A stretch of DNA of 64,000 nt from assembly GCA_016860985.1 (NCBI GenBank), contig BOKM01000001.1:156185-220184 (forward strand). Direction: 5' to 3'. The notes beneath the pieces were generated by a model. It saw nothing but the letters and a program-made list of their open reading frames with translations. It searched no databases and had not been told where the DNA came from. The translations under genes were made by a program, and so were the position numbers. The first letter of the stretch is position 1. Every line of letters begins with the position of its first letter. Source of the DNA: Patescibacteria group bacterium (GTDB lineage Bacteria > Patescibacteriota > Dojkabacteria > GCA-002793355). Below are positions 27,688 to 37,615 of this stretch, in pieces.

Positions 27688-29397
27688 CTATTGTTTCTCT
27701 TCTACCATTGGGAGCGTATCTAGTATTTCATCAACAAAGAAAGACAATTGCATTTGCCCCCTATATTCATCCCGCTTAGGACGGCCAATAAGTACGACTT
27801 CGCTACCCTGTTCAAGTTTTGTAGCAAGATGCAGGGCGTCAAATGCAAGGGCAGATATTGGTCCCTCTGCCGTTTTTAATTGTATTCGTAAATGGGTACC
27901 TTGTTGCCCAAAGAATGAATACGTTTCAACTTTTCCTTTAACTGCAAACAGTGGTGATTCATTTTTATGTCCAAATGGTTCTAAATTGCTAAGCTGCAGA
28001 AAGAAATTTTCCTGTAACTCAGACACAACAATAAGCGAATCCACATATTGAATATATTGCGGAATATAAGTCTGGTATTCCGTTTTTAGTAGTGCATCGG
28101 CCTTATTTATCAGCGCAGGTAGATTCGCAGCCGACAAAGAGAAACCTGCAGCATTATGGTGACCTCCAAAACGATCAAGATGTTCTTGCATTTTGGCAAG
28201 AAATCCAGTGATATCGAATTCACCGAAACTTCGGGCGGAGCCTTTTGCTTGTCCTTTATTTGTGTCAATGGATATTGCGAGGGTTGGTAGATGGTACTTG
28301 TTCATGAGCTTACCTGCTACAAGCCCAATTATCCCGTCTTCCCATTCTTCGACTGCAACAACAATGATTTTTTCACCGATAACCTTTATCGCTTTTTCGG
28401 CTTCTTCTATCATTTTTTTTGTTAATTCTTGCCGTTTCGTATTTATCTCGTGCGCTTCTCGTGCAAATTCACGAGCTTTCTCTATATTGTCTGTACTGAG
28501 TAAGCGCGTACTGGTGTACTGATTGCCGATTCTTCCACTTGCATTGAGCCTCGGCCCTAGCACATACCCCATATGGTATGACGTGACCTCGGGCAACCGA
28601 ACTTGCGATACTTCCGACAATACCCTTACCCCTATTGTTGGATTCACCCTCATTTTTTGAATTGCTCTCTTTAGAATTACTCTATTCTCGCCAAGTAGCG
28701 GCATAATGTCAGTAACTAAAGAGATGCCCGCAAGGTCAACAACGGAATCAGAAAATTCATGCGTTAAATGCAAAAACTCTTCCACATAGCGAACAATTTT
28801 CCATACCACCACTCCACCTGAGGTATATTTATTCTCTGCTTCATGCCCTGGGTACAAAGGATGAACAACGCAGCACGTTGGAAAGGTATCACCTGGCTGA
28901 TGGTGATCAGTAACAATAATCTCCATCTTCGTTTCTTTTGTAACTCTTTCTATCAGCTCTTTATCTCTGACGCCACAATCGACCGAAATTACCAAATCTG
29001 CTCCCTGCTGCGCAAGCTTTATTAATGCATCGTAATTCAAGCCATAGCCTTCTTCGTGCCGCTCTGGAATATAGACGGTAACATTCATTTCAAGCACCCG
29101 CGAAAGAAAACGGAAGAGTATAGATGCTGCTACAGCTCCGTCAGCATCGTAGTCGCCGTAAATTACTACTTTTGAGCCTTTGCTTTTATGCGATAGTAAC
29201 GTTTCAGTACATTGTTTTACGTTATAGAGATCGTCACCTACCGAGATATCAGCAATTTTGCTAAATGCCTGTATTTCAGGAATCGTTCGCAAATTTCGGT
29301 ACCAAAAGATACGCGCAAGCGCTTCTGAGCCAAGATATGTCGTTAATTCGCGAAGCTCCTCGATTGGTGGTGATTCACGAAGCCAGTATTGCTTCAT
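27688..29397 (-). CDS. recJ: Single-stranded-DNA-specific exonuclease RecJ
   Basis: DHH motifs: GDYDADG, ..VDCG.., VTDHH, plus a DHHA1 GGHHNAAG-like block (FGGHHNAAGF). Confidence 0.9.
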   Translation of the reverse strand: MKQYWLRESPPIEELRELTTYLGSEALARIFWYRNLRTIPEIQAFSKIADISVGDDLYNVKQCTETLLSHKSKGSKVVIYGDYDADGAVAASILFRFLSRVLEMNVTVYIPERHEEGYGLNYDALIKLAQQGADLVISVDCGVRDKELIERVTKETKMEIIVTDHHQPGDTFPTCCVVHPLYPGHEAENKYTSGGVVVWKIVRYVEEFLHLTHEFSDSVVDLAGISLVTDIMPLLGENRVILKRAIQKMRVNPTIGVRVLSEVSQVRLPEVTSYHMGYVLGPRLNASGRIGNQYTSTRLLSTDNIEKAREFAREAHEINTKRQELTKKMIEEAEKAIKVIGEKIIVVAVEEWEDGIIGLVAGKLMNKYHLPTLAISIDTNKGQAKGSARSFGEFDITGFLAKMQEHLDRFGGHHNAAGFSLSAANLPALINKADALLKTEYQTYIPQYIQYVDSLIVVSELQENFFLQLSNLEPFGHKNESPLFAVKGKVETYSFFGQQGTHLRIQLKTAEGPISALAFDALHLATKLEQGSEVVLIGRPKRDEYRGQMQLSFFVDEILDTLPMVEEKQ

Positions 29398-29406
29398 GCT
29401 TGTTGA

Positions 29407-30468
29407 TTACAATACCTTTTCAAGTACAACTTTTCGAATTTTTTCTTGAACTTCAGGATGCTCACGAAGATACTCGACTACAGCTTCTTTTCCTTGTCCA
29501 ATCTTCTCTCCATCCATGCTATACCAAGCTCCCGCTTGATCTATACTTCCGTACTTCACACCTGCTTCAAAGATACTGCTTACCTTATCAATTCCAGAAG
29601 CAAAACGAATATCAAAGAACGCATTTCGGAATGGAGGAGCAACTTTATTCTTTACAATTTTAACCTCTCTTGTGTGACCAAGTAGTTCGCCGTTCTTTGT
29701 AATCTCTTCTCTTCTTCGGATATCAAGGCGCAAGCTGCAGTAAAACTTTAGAGCGTTACCACCTGTTGTAGTTTCTGGATTACCAAACTTCACACCTAGA
29801 TTTAATCGAATTTGATTTAGGAAGATTACAACACAGTTTGATTTTGCGGTAAGAGGGGTAATTTTACGCAAAGCCTGCGACATTAATCGAGCCTGCAATC
29901 CCATGTGAACATCTCCCATTTCCCCATCGACCTCTGCCTTTGGTACTAACGCAGCAACTGAGTCAACTACAATTACATCGAAGGCACCCGAACGAATCAA
30001 AGTCTCAAGAATATCAAGTGCTTGTTCGCCGAAATCTGGCTGCGACACATAAAGATCATTAACATCAACGCCAATTTTCTTTGCATAACCTGGATCGAGA
30101 GCATGTTCTGCATCAATAAAAGCCGCTTTACCACCAGCCTTTTGGGACTCTGCAACAATACTGAGGGCTAACGTGGTTTTACCAGACGCTTCAGGTCCGT
30201 AGATCTCCATAACTCTCCCTCTTGGAACACCACCAACTCCGAGAGCAGCATCAAGTGAAAGTGCACCAGTTGAAATTACTTCGACATTGAGGCGCTTTTT
30301 GGAACCTAAACGCATAATGCTGCCATCGCCGAACTTCTTTTCGATCATCGACATTGCAGCGTCGATAATCTTTTGCTTTTCGTCATTTGACTTTGCAGCT
30401 ACAGACTCAACTGAATCAGCTCCGACTACAACATCTGAAACCTCATTTTTTGTTTTTGACTTTGCCAT
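29407..30468 (-). CDS. recA: Recombinase RecA
   Basis: GPEASGKTT Walker A and full-length RecA similarity (..[18 protein letters not shown]..). Confidence 0.95.
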   Translation of the reverse strand: MAKSKTKNEVSDVVVGADSVESVAAKSNDEKQKIIDAAMSMIEKKFGDGSIMRLGSKKRLNVEVISTGALSLDAALGVGGVPRGRVMEIYGPEASGKTTLALSIVAESQKAGGKAAFIDAEHALDPGYAKKIGVDVNDLYVSQPDFGEQALDILETLIRSGAFDVIVVDSVAALVPKAEVDGEMGDVHMGLQARLMSQALRKITPLTAKSNCVVIFLNQIRLNLGVKFGNPETTTGGNALKFYCSLRLDIRRREEITKNGELLGHTREVKIVKNKVAPPFRNAFFDIRFASGIDKVSSIFEAGVKYGSIDQAGAWYSMDGEKIGQGKEAVVEYLREHPEVQEKIRKVVLEKVL

Positions 30469-30522
30469 ATGAATATTTCTAACTTACTGCTCCAATTATA
30501 CCCTACGTAAAAGCAATAATGT

Positions 30523-30819
30523 TTATCTCGATAACAATTGGTCTAGATTGTCATCTGACGCTGCTTTATTAACCCCTTCTTTCCCACATTTTCTGCATTT
30601 GAATCGCAGTATATATTTACCCTGTTTGTATTCATAATCTATTACATCCATGAGCCCTTGGCACACCTCTTTTCGGTCACCAGGAATAATATCAACATGT
30701 TTGGACACTAGGCAATGAGGACAATGATTCCTTGAGGTTTTTTGCGCAGGAAGTACCTCAAGTCCACAAGCTTCACACACAAAACCCAAATTCAATTTTC
30801 GGAAATCTTCGGCAGCCAT
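30523..30819 (-). CDS. RNHCP-domain zinc-ribbon protein
   Basis: Two CxxC pairs plus the RNHCPHC motif. 98 aa. Confidence 0.5.
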   Translation of the reverse strand: MAAEDFRKLNLGFVCEACGLEVLPAQKTSRNHCPHCLVSKHVDIIPGDRKEVCQGLMDVIDYEYKQGKYILRFKCRKCGKEGVNKAASDDNLDQLLSR

Positions 30820-30822
30820 AAC

Positions 30823-31998
30823 TTAAACTTTAAATAGCGCCGTTACAACTTTAGAGAATAAATCGTTACCTTTCTTTATTACTAACCGATCGTGCATAGC
30901 CAAATCCATTATCAGCGCAGTAAGACTTGCAATACCCATTGCTAACAGCTTAAGTCTTGGAAAGGCCAAGAAGACGAACACAATAAAGGTAGTATAGGTT
31001 ATAAAGCGTATTACATCGTCTTTATGAACTTCAAAACTTTGACGTAATGCCCACTTTACTTGTGCTGCACCGGCCATTTTTTGGTTGCCTTCTCCAACAT
31101 ATGAGTTTACTTCTTTATAAAACGCGAACCCTGCAGCTACTATTCGGATCATGAATCTTATAATTTCAAATCCAACGGCAGCCATAACAAGGTTGAGAGT
31201 GCTATACAAGCTCTTATCTACCGTCCAACCTCGAATCATAAAATTATAGTTATTGTACTGTGCATGAAGCTCAACATTTAATTCTTTTGGCAAAAAGAAA
31301 AGCTTCTGACTATCCATGGTAAGAAAGAACACAAAGAGTACAACCTCTACGGCATCTCCGAAAATATCCTTGAATCTAATTTGTACTTTTCTTGCCCACG
31401 TTAATGATGCAGCACCCTCGTCTTTTGAGCGCTTATTTAAAAAGCCAGTTGCTACTACGAGTAAGGCAGATAATACAATTGTAAACAACGTAACGTCGTA
31501 CGATTTTCCAACCCATTTATACGCATAAATGAGCACAAAATAGACCGCAGCACCGAGTAAATACGCCAAGAAAGGAATCAGAAAATATATCGCTTGCTTT
31601 AACACATCGCCAATAAATTTGATTGCCTCCTTTATAAAATTCATTACGTCGACAATGGTGAGCGTTCCTTCGATAAAAATATCAAGTATTTGTTTTACCT
31701 GATCCTTTAACCCAATCATTATCAATACACCCATAATGAGGAATAAAAGGACAAGACTAAAAAGGAATAGCCAGAAGCCGTTGATAATAGCAAGAAACGT
31801 TGCTGGCGAGGTTAACGCAAGTACGCCACCGATTACCAAAAGCACAATAATCAGAAGAATGAACCCAGTAATAAACCGAGAATACCGCCCAGGATCTGTA
31901 GGAAGCTGATTATTCTCTGTGCTAGTCTCAGTAGATTCTGGTGTTGTAACCTGCGTCGGTTCTTCTGTTTTTATTGTTTTTTCGTTACCATCAGACAC
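30823..31998 (-). CDS. hypothetical polytopic membrane protein with acidic/Thr-rich N-terminus
   Basis: Multiple hydrophobic helices. Lies 3 nt upstream of the RNHCP gene. Confidence 0.5.
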   Translation of the reverse strand: MSDGNEKTIKTEEPTQVTTPESTETSTENNQLPTDPGRYSRFITGFILLIIVLLVIGGVLALTSPATFLAIINGFWLFLFSLVLLFLIMGVLIMIGLKDQVKQILDIFIEGTLTIVDVMNFIKEAIKFIGDVLKQAIYFLIPFLAYLLGAAVYFVLIYAYKWVGKSYDVTLFTIVLSALLVVATGFLNKRSKDEGAASLTWARKVQIRFKDIFGDAVEVVLFVFFLTMDSQKLFFLPKELNVELHAQYNNYNFMIRGWTVDKSLYSTLNLVMAAVGFEIIRFMIRIVAAGFAFYKEVNSYVGEGNQKMAGAAQVKWALRQSFEVHKDDVIRFITYTTFIVFVFLAFPRLKLLAMGIASLTALIMDLAMHDRLVIKKGNDLFSKVVTALFKV

Positions 31999-32036
31999 AT
32001 TGAATTATACCAAATTTACCGATTTTCTGATACTTC

Positions 32037-35000
32037 TTAATTTGTCGTCGTACAGAATGGATGAGTTGTCGTGCCACAGGTAAGATCTACTGTCTTTTCT
32101 ACTCCAAGAAGTGGCCTAAAGATATCAAGAAGATTTGCGTCATACTTAATCCATTCTGCTGGGTATCTTCTGTTATCTACAGGAGCTAAGTCTCGCTTAA
32201 AGAGTGGTACTGTAGATGACGAATACACCCATCCACGAATTTCAAGTCGATCTGTACTCTTTGAGGTTGCACCTCTTGCACCCTTGTTTACTGTTACCGA
32301 TGCACCCGAATTTGCCACAATAGCAGCATCAAAGATATCTGCTGTTGGTTGTCTCTTTGTATCTTCTGGTGCTGGAAGTCGAACATCACTTGGGGTATCA
32401 CCAATTATGATGCTTCCGCCAGCTGCAATCACGAACATACAACCGTTATTCTGACCTGTTGTGCTCTTTTTCACCTGACCGTTGATTGTAAGAGTACCGG
32501 TAACAAAGATAACATTAGTACGAGAGCAGGTGATATCAGCTACAGTTTGAGTTCCAACGGTTAAGACATTGTAAGTTGCTGCACCTACCTCATCTAGCCC
32601 ACCATCGGTGTTGCAAGTATTTGGTGTTGTGGTGTTCATCAAATCACAATTCAATCGGGCTGAAGCTCTAAGCCTCTCGTATTCATTTCCAGGAAGGAAC
32701 GGCGTATGACCAAACACATTGTAAGAAGATGTGCCTGTTCGGTAGTAATTCTTGAAGCCTAGTGCTGCATTTGTGGTTGGATTTAACAGATATCCACCGC
32801 TTATTCCAATCCCCTGTGCAGGCGCTCCTCCTGTCATAAAGAGGCCAGTTCCTGCGGTAAAGATTTGCTCAGTAAACGGAGAGTACACACTCTTGCTGTT
32901 GTCTGCAGTTGTTCCATCGTTTGTTGGGAGAGTTTGCGAAAATGGAACACTACCACCCTTTGCGCTAAAGATATCACCATAAGATGTTTTTAACCATGGA
33001 GCAAGAAATACATACTCGGTACCATTGCGGCCACAGCCCATATTTCCGGCTCTGTCGTAAACGCAGGCGCCTGTTACAACTTCTTCTCCGCCATCTAAAC
33101 CATATCCCGTAATGGTGATATAGGTAGTTGATGCCGGAAGTGCAGTACGAGAATTCATTCCATTGAGTGGGTTTCCTGCCGAATCAAGTGCCCATTGTCT
33201 ATCGCCGAGTGGCTCTCCTTCGAGCATCTCTTGACGGACCATATATTTGTTCGTAACGCCAGCAATTCCTGAACCACCAGCTTTGTCGGCAATACTTAAG
33301 TTTGCAACTGCAGTTCCAGAGGTTGAATTCCATGTAACGTTTGAAACAGTTGGAGCAGATGAATCGAACATAAGGTTAAAGTCTGTCCCACTTGGGCAGG
33401 TTGCGCCATTACACGCTGCGCCGCTCTTGTTGAATTTAAGCCAGCCTTCTGCACCTTTTCCAGTCACATTATTCAATGGAACAGCTACCTTATCCAATGC
33501 ACTAATAAAGACCGCATATTCACCTTCTGGCATACCTTGGCCGCCATCTTTGTCGTTAAAGTAAATACCAAATTTGAAAGTAAGCGCGTTTGCGTCACCA
33601 TTCACTGCTGTGACACCTTCTTTTTTAATACAAGCTGCACATCCAACAGGGCACACTGCAGGGGTTGAGGCTGCAACCACCGTTGGTGTATTTGAATTTG
33701 ATTGATAACACAAGAGATGGCTGTCATCTGCTGCAATCGCCCATTCATAATTTGCACGTGCAGCAGCATCTGCTGTTGATGCAGTTTTTGCAGTATCTGG
33801 AACGTTTGCATTTACACAACCTATCGTAGTGTTGAGACAATCAGGAAAACCAACCGACTGCCAAGCTCTCTGACTTGCTGATTGTAATTTTCCAATCAAA
33901 ACGTTTCCGTTATTTCCGACCGTTTGGCCGAGACTGTTTATAAAGGCAAGCGCTGAGAATATCTGCTTTGTACTTCCGAGTAGCTCTGTCGGCCCACAAT
34001 TGGAACCAGTACAGGCGCGAGAAACCATATTCGAGCGGGCAATGCCACTAACAACTTGCATATTCTCTTTTTCAGAATACATCGCCTGAAAACTATTTCT
34101 TACCCCAGCACCAAGATTAACAGGAGGAACAGTTGCGTTATTTGCATCTTGAGCTTCACGTTGCAACCAGACACCTGCCTGCATAATATCGTTTCTACCG
34201 TTTGCGTCTCGTACAGTAAATTCAAGACGTAGAGGATTTCTTCTTTGGCTGAATGCTGCTTCGTATCTCTCACCACCACCTGGACATTTTATTGGGTCTA
34301 ACAAAGAAAGTGGCTCATTACACACAGAAGCACGCGCTTTTGACTGGGTAGTCAGTGGTGAACCTACATAAAGGATATTTCTACCATCAACCAAATCCCC
34401 TGCTTCACGAACTGTATCCATAATATCATTATCGTAAATCGAAACATCAGTAAGCTGTGGCGCTTGATTAGTCACAGATACCGCGACCTTACACGTTCCG
34501 TAATCAGAGACGTCTGGGCCGTTTCCATCGGAATCGATATCTCGAATCTCAACTTCCAAAAATCCACTACAAATTGATTGTCCGTTTACATTATCGAATA
34601 TTCCGTGAGACTCACGAGCATCTACCATTAAGTCAGTACTTTGCGAGGTATTGCTTGAATTGTCTGAACCCGCTTTAACGGTTAAGTTCTCTACACTTCC
34701 ACCACCGAGAGTACTCACCTTTACACATGACTTCAAATTCCCTGCAGTATCAACAACCCTTACTTTTGTTACTTGCACAGTGTCACCATAGTCTTGATCG
34801 GTTGCAGTTAGCGTAATCTGTCGGGGAGCGTCTTCTCGTGTCATTGAAATTGAGGCAGGAAGAATAGCACACGAAGGTACTGCATTATGGTACGTTGCTG
34901 GACATGCATAATTAGAAGGGTTACAAGGATCTCCACAGGAACGTCCATTCCCGTTGGAAGTCGAACGAGTCATAAATTTGTTTTGAGGATTTGAGGGGGG

Positions 35001-35306
35001 GCAACTCACTGGGGTACACTGACATTCTGGAGGTTTATCACAAAACCAGTCACAGTTTCCACAACCTGGATCGTTACTTCCAGTTCCGCCACAACCTTTT
35101 TTAGAATCACTACAATTGTCGTCCCAACAACAACCGTATTCGGCTCCATCATCACCATCGCCACACCTTGTTTGCCCACCACTTGGTTTAGGACCACACC
35201 CATCACAGTTCCCACTACAACGATATGCGTAAACAGGCGTTGTGGATATAACAAAAAATGAAGAAACCAGAATACCAATGAGTATTACCGCTTTATAAAC
35301 TTTCAT
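32037..35306 (-). CDS. giant secreted protein with extremely Cys-rich N-terminal module (putative surface/adhesion protein)
   Basis: 1089 aa. Signal peptide MKVYKAVILIGILVSSFFVISTTPVYA, then 31 Cys in the next ~130 residues (CSGNCDGCG..CCWDDNC..CGNCDWFCDKPPECQCTPVSCPP..), then a long G/N/T/S/A/D-rich beta-type region. Confidence 0.6.
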   Translation of the reverse strand: MKVYKAVILIGILVSSFFVISTTPVYAYRCSGNCDGCGPKPSGGQTRCGDGDDGAEYGCCWDDNCSDSKKGCGGTGSNDPGCGNCDWFCDKPPECQCTPVSCPPSNPQNKFMTRSTSNGNGRSCGDPCNPSNYACPATYHNAVPSCAILPASISMTREDAPRQITLTATDQDYGDTVQVTKVRVVDTAGNLKSCVKVSTLGGGSVENLTVKAGSDNSSNTSQSTDLMVDARESHGIFDNVNGQSICSGFLEVEIRDIDSDGNGPDVSDYGTCKVAVSVTNQAPQLTDVSIYDNDIMDTVREAGDLVDGRNILYVGSPLTTQSKARASVCNEPLSLLDPIKCPGGGERYEAAFSQRRNPLRLEFTVRDANGRNDIMQAGVWLQREAQDANNATVPPVNLGAGVRNSFQAMYSEKENMQVVSGIARSNMVSRACTGSNCGPTELLGSTKQIFSALAFINSLGQTVGNNGNVLIGKLQSASQRAWQSVGFPDCLNTTIGCVNANVPDTAKTASTADAAARANYEWAIAADDSHLLCYQSNSNTPTVVAASTPAVCPVGCAACIKKEGVTAVNGDANALTFKFGIYFNDKDGGQGMPEGEYAVFISALDKVAVPLNNVTGKGAEGWLKFNKSGAACNGATCPSGTDFNLMFDSSAPTVSNVTWNSTSGTAVANLSIADKAGGSGIAGVTNKYMVRQEMLEGEPLGDRQWALDSAGNPLNGMNSRTALPASTTYITITGYGLDGGEEVVTGACVYDRAGNMGCGRNGTEYVFLAPWLKTSYGDIFSAKGGSVPFSQTLPTNDGTTADNSKSVYSPFTEQIFTAGTGLFMTGGAPAQGIGISGGYLLNPTTNAALGFKNYYRTGTSSYNVFGHTPFLPGNEYERLRASARLNCDLMNTTTPNTCNTDGGLDEVGAATYNVLTVGTQTVADITCSRTNVIFVTGTLTINGQVKKSTTGQNNGCMFVIAAGGSIIIGDTPSDVRLPAPEDTKRQPTADIFDAAIVANSGASVTVNKGARGATSKSTDRLEIRGWVYSSSTVPLFKRDLAPVDNRRYPAEWIKYDANLLDIFRPLLGVEKTVDLTCGTTTHPFCTTTN

Positions 35307-36798
35307 ACAAATATAACAAAATTAATGAATTTGACTGAGATTTCCATTCAACATAGCTATTTCCAGCTTTGTCGGTCATATCTAAAAATGACTCCCGCTC
35401 CTTCATAGTTATTGAATCAATAACGTAAGGGTTAACATACGGACTAAATCGCGCACCGTTATAGATAACTTTTGCTATCTCTTGCTTATCCAGTTTTACA
35501 TTCTGGTCGAGCGAGAGCGAAAACATATCCATAAATATCTCGGTAACTCTTTTTGCAAGCGTTGGAACATTTGCTGCCCCTTTAGTAACGACGTAGTCAC
35601 AACTCATATTCAATTGATGTATTAAATCGCCATCCCAACCTTCACCTGGAAAATACAAGTTTCTGGAGTATCGCTTTAGCCATTCAATATGCTCGGCCTC
35701 ATTGGTAGGTAATTTATAATCATCTTCCAATACTCTTGCTAAGTCCTTTGCATAAAGATGGAACAGCTCCGTGTTTGAATTACTCACATTTTTGGTAATT
35801 TCTACTACTGGGCAAATTGGAAAATTGTAGGCGGAAAAGACCTTCCAATCTACTTTTTGAGTTGGGTCATTTGCAAAAACCTGAGCTTCTGGTCGGGTTG
35901 GATAAAAAGGATAAAGATACTTTTTGAAATCGGTAAAGTATTTATCAAATTCCTGTTTATTCGATTTACTAAGTGCATACATATAAAAGGCTACCTTTTG
36001 AGCAGCGTTTGATTGATAAGTTCCTTCGCAGGAATCCAAATCTGAGCAGCGAATAGCGTCTGTTGAAAAATAGTCTCTGTACACGTTCAGTTTCTCTTGA
36101 GGATCTTTAACGGATTCAACACTCGCTTCGAATTCACGTTGCAATTTTTCGTTAACTTTTTTTACCCATTCGTCTGCATATGCCTTTTCTTGAGCTTGCG
36201 TTGGTGTATCTAGCCTTTGCATTGACCACGACTCAAGAGATACCGGAATATTCTCTTTGGCACCATCTGCCGTAACTAGTGCATGATTAATCAAATTAAC
36301 CAGATTCTTTTCTTTTCTCTTACTCGTACCCTTTAAGTTAACTGCTACTGGTAACGCATCTGACCCTAAGGTTGAAACTGATTCAAAAGAAGTATCTTGA
36401 CGTCCAAGAAAGGCGCTAGGGAGTGGATCGCTCGACTTTACGACAAGTACAATATCAGACTTTTCTTTCCAATCTTTTGGAACTTCGAGGGCACGCTTTG
36501 AATAATAAAATGGAAGGAGGCTACATTTTAGAGTAGAAACTGATTCATTCCTTGTGATTTCGTATAGGAAACAATATGGCGCAGAGAAGGTGAATTGACC
36601 ATCGAGAGGGTTCCCTTCAACAGTTAAGCCTAACGCCGAAGCAGTACTAGGCAACAAAACTGCCTGTTCCGTTGTCCACGTTTTTTGATCGTTCCATACA
36701 CTATTTACGTGCATCCACCCCCATGCTCCGAGAGAGGCCAATACAGCAATAACCAATGCACCTGCAACGAGGTACACATTCTTCTTCTTAATTCTCAT
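35293..36798 (-). CDS. hypothetical membrane-anchored protein co-transcribed with the giant protein
   Basis: 501 aa with an N-terminal TM. Overlaps the downstream giant ORF by 14 nt. Confidence 0.5.
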   Translation of the reverse strand: MRIKKKNVYLVAGALVIAVLASLGAWGWMHVNSVWNDQKTWTTEQAVLLPSTASALGLTVEGNPLDGQFTFSAPYCFLYEITRNESVSTLKCSLLPFYYSKRALEVPKDWKEKSDIVLVVKSSDPLPSAFLGRQDTSFESVSTLGSDALPVAVNLKGTSKRKEKNLVNLINHALVTADGAKENIPVSLESWSMQRLDTPTQAQEKAYADEWVKKVNEKLQREFEASVESVKDPQEKLNVYRDYFSTDAIRCSDLDSCEGTYQSNAAQKVAFYMYALSKSNKQEFDKYFTDFKKYLYPFYPTRPEAQVFANDPTQKVDWKVFSAYNFPICPVVEITKNVSNSNTELFHLYAKDLARVLEDDYKLPTNEAEHIEWLKRYSRNLYFPGEGWDGDLIHQLNMSCDYVVTKGAANVPTLAKRVTEIFMDMFSLSLDQNVKLDKQEIAKVIYNGARFSPYVNPYVIDSITMKERESFLDMTDKAGNSYVEWKSQSNSLILLYLYESL

Positions 36799-36842
36799 GA
36801 ATCAGTGTAAAGAAGTGCACCTACGATGTCAAGGTGTTGCAG

Positions 36843-37172
36843 TTACACTGCGCTTAATTCTTGAATCACGAAATCCTTTGGTCGAAGACCAATAATCTCT
36901 TTAACGTATTGCCCTGCCTTAAAGATTTTCATATTTGGAATACTCATAATCTTGTACTCCATCGCGATTGGCATGTTGTCTGGCTCTTCGGTATTAATCT
37001 TCACGATTTTTACTTTGCCTGCCATCTCCTCACTCACTTTTCCAAGAATTGGTGCCATCATGAGACAAGGTGTGCACCAAGGAGCCCAAAAATCAACCAA
37101 AACTGGGACCTCGGACTTTAGCACTTCTTGTTCAAACTGTGCTTTACCAACAACGTCGATAATTCCTTCCAT
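36843..37172 (-). CDS. trxA: Thioredoxin
   Basis: 109 aa with a WCTPC active site in a thioredoxin fold context (VLVDFWAPWCTPC). Confidence 0.85.
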   Translation of the reverse strand: MEGIIDVVGKAQFEQEVLKSEVPVLVDFWAPWCTPCLMMAPILGKVSEEMAGKVKIVKINTEEPDNMPIAMEYKIMSIPNMKIFKAGQYVKEIIGLRPKDFVIQELSAV

Positions 37173-37199
37173 TGTATTTAATAATAAAAAAATTATTAC

Positions 37200-37475
37200 T
37201 TATGAAGTATGACTCACAAGCTCAGCAAAAAGCTTTGCGGTCACAGCTTTTCTTTCAGCTAGTTTGGTACACTGAGCTAGCTCTTGCTCGATAATCTTTT
37301 GCATTACTGCACTGACACCGGCTCGAACTGCTTTTAATTGTGTTAACTGCTGCTCACATGCTACACCAGAGTCACGTAGTCGAACAATACCTTCAAGCTG
37401 CCCAATTATGTTTCTTAGTCTTGCAGTGATGTCTTTTTCCATGAGAAAGTATACCACACCCCCTAGGGGTGTCAA
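37200..37475 (-). CDS. CsoR/RcnR-family repressor, two-Cys (CstR-like) variant lacking the Cu-ligand His
   Basis: DUF156-like helical protein. Cys40 and Cys69 are spaced 29 residues apart as in CsoR/CstR, but the His position (C-4) is Glu. Confidence 0.55.
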   Translation of the reverse strand: MTPLGGVVYFLMEKDITARLRNIIGQLEGIVRLRDSGVACEQQLTQLKAVRAGVSAVMQKIIEQELAQCTKLAERKAVTAKLFAELVSHTS

Positions 37476-37523
37476 TAACTTAAGTGGTTAAAAATTTTTG
37501 CTTGCGCTATAATTCAGCAACAT

Positions 37524-37596
37524 CGGAGTGTAGTTCAGTTGGTAGAATGCACGCATGGGGTGCGTGAGGTCGCGAGTTCGAGTCTCGCCACTCCGA
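37524..37596 (+). tRNA. tRNA-Pro (anticodon GGG)
   Basis: Full cloverleaf by hand: acceptor CGGAGTG/CACTCCG with discriminator A; anticodon stem CACGC/GCGTG with loop AUGGGGU; T-loop TTCGAGT. Confidence 0.85.
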
Positions 37597-37615
37597 ATTT
37601 GACTAGTCATTATAC

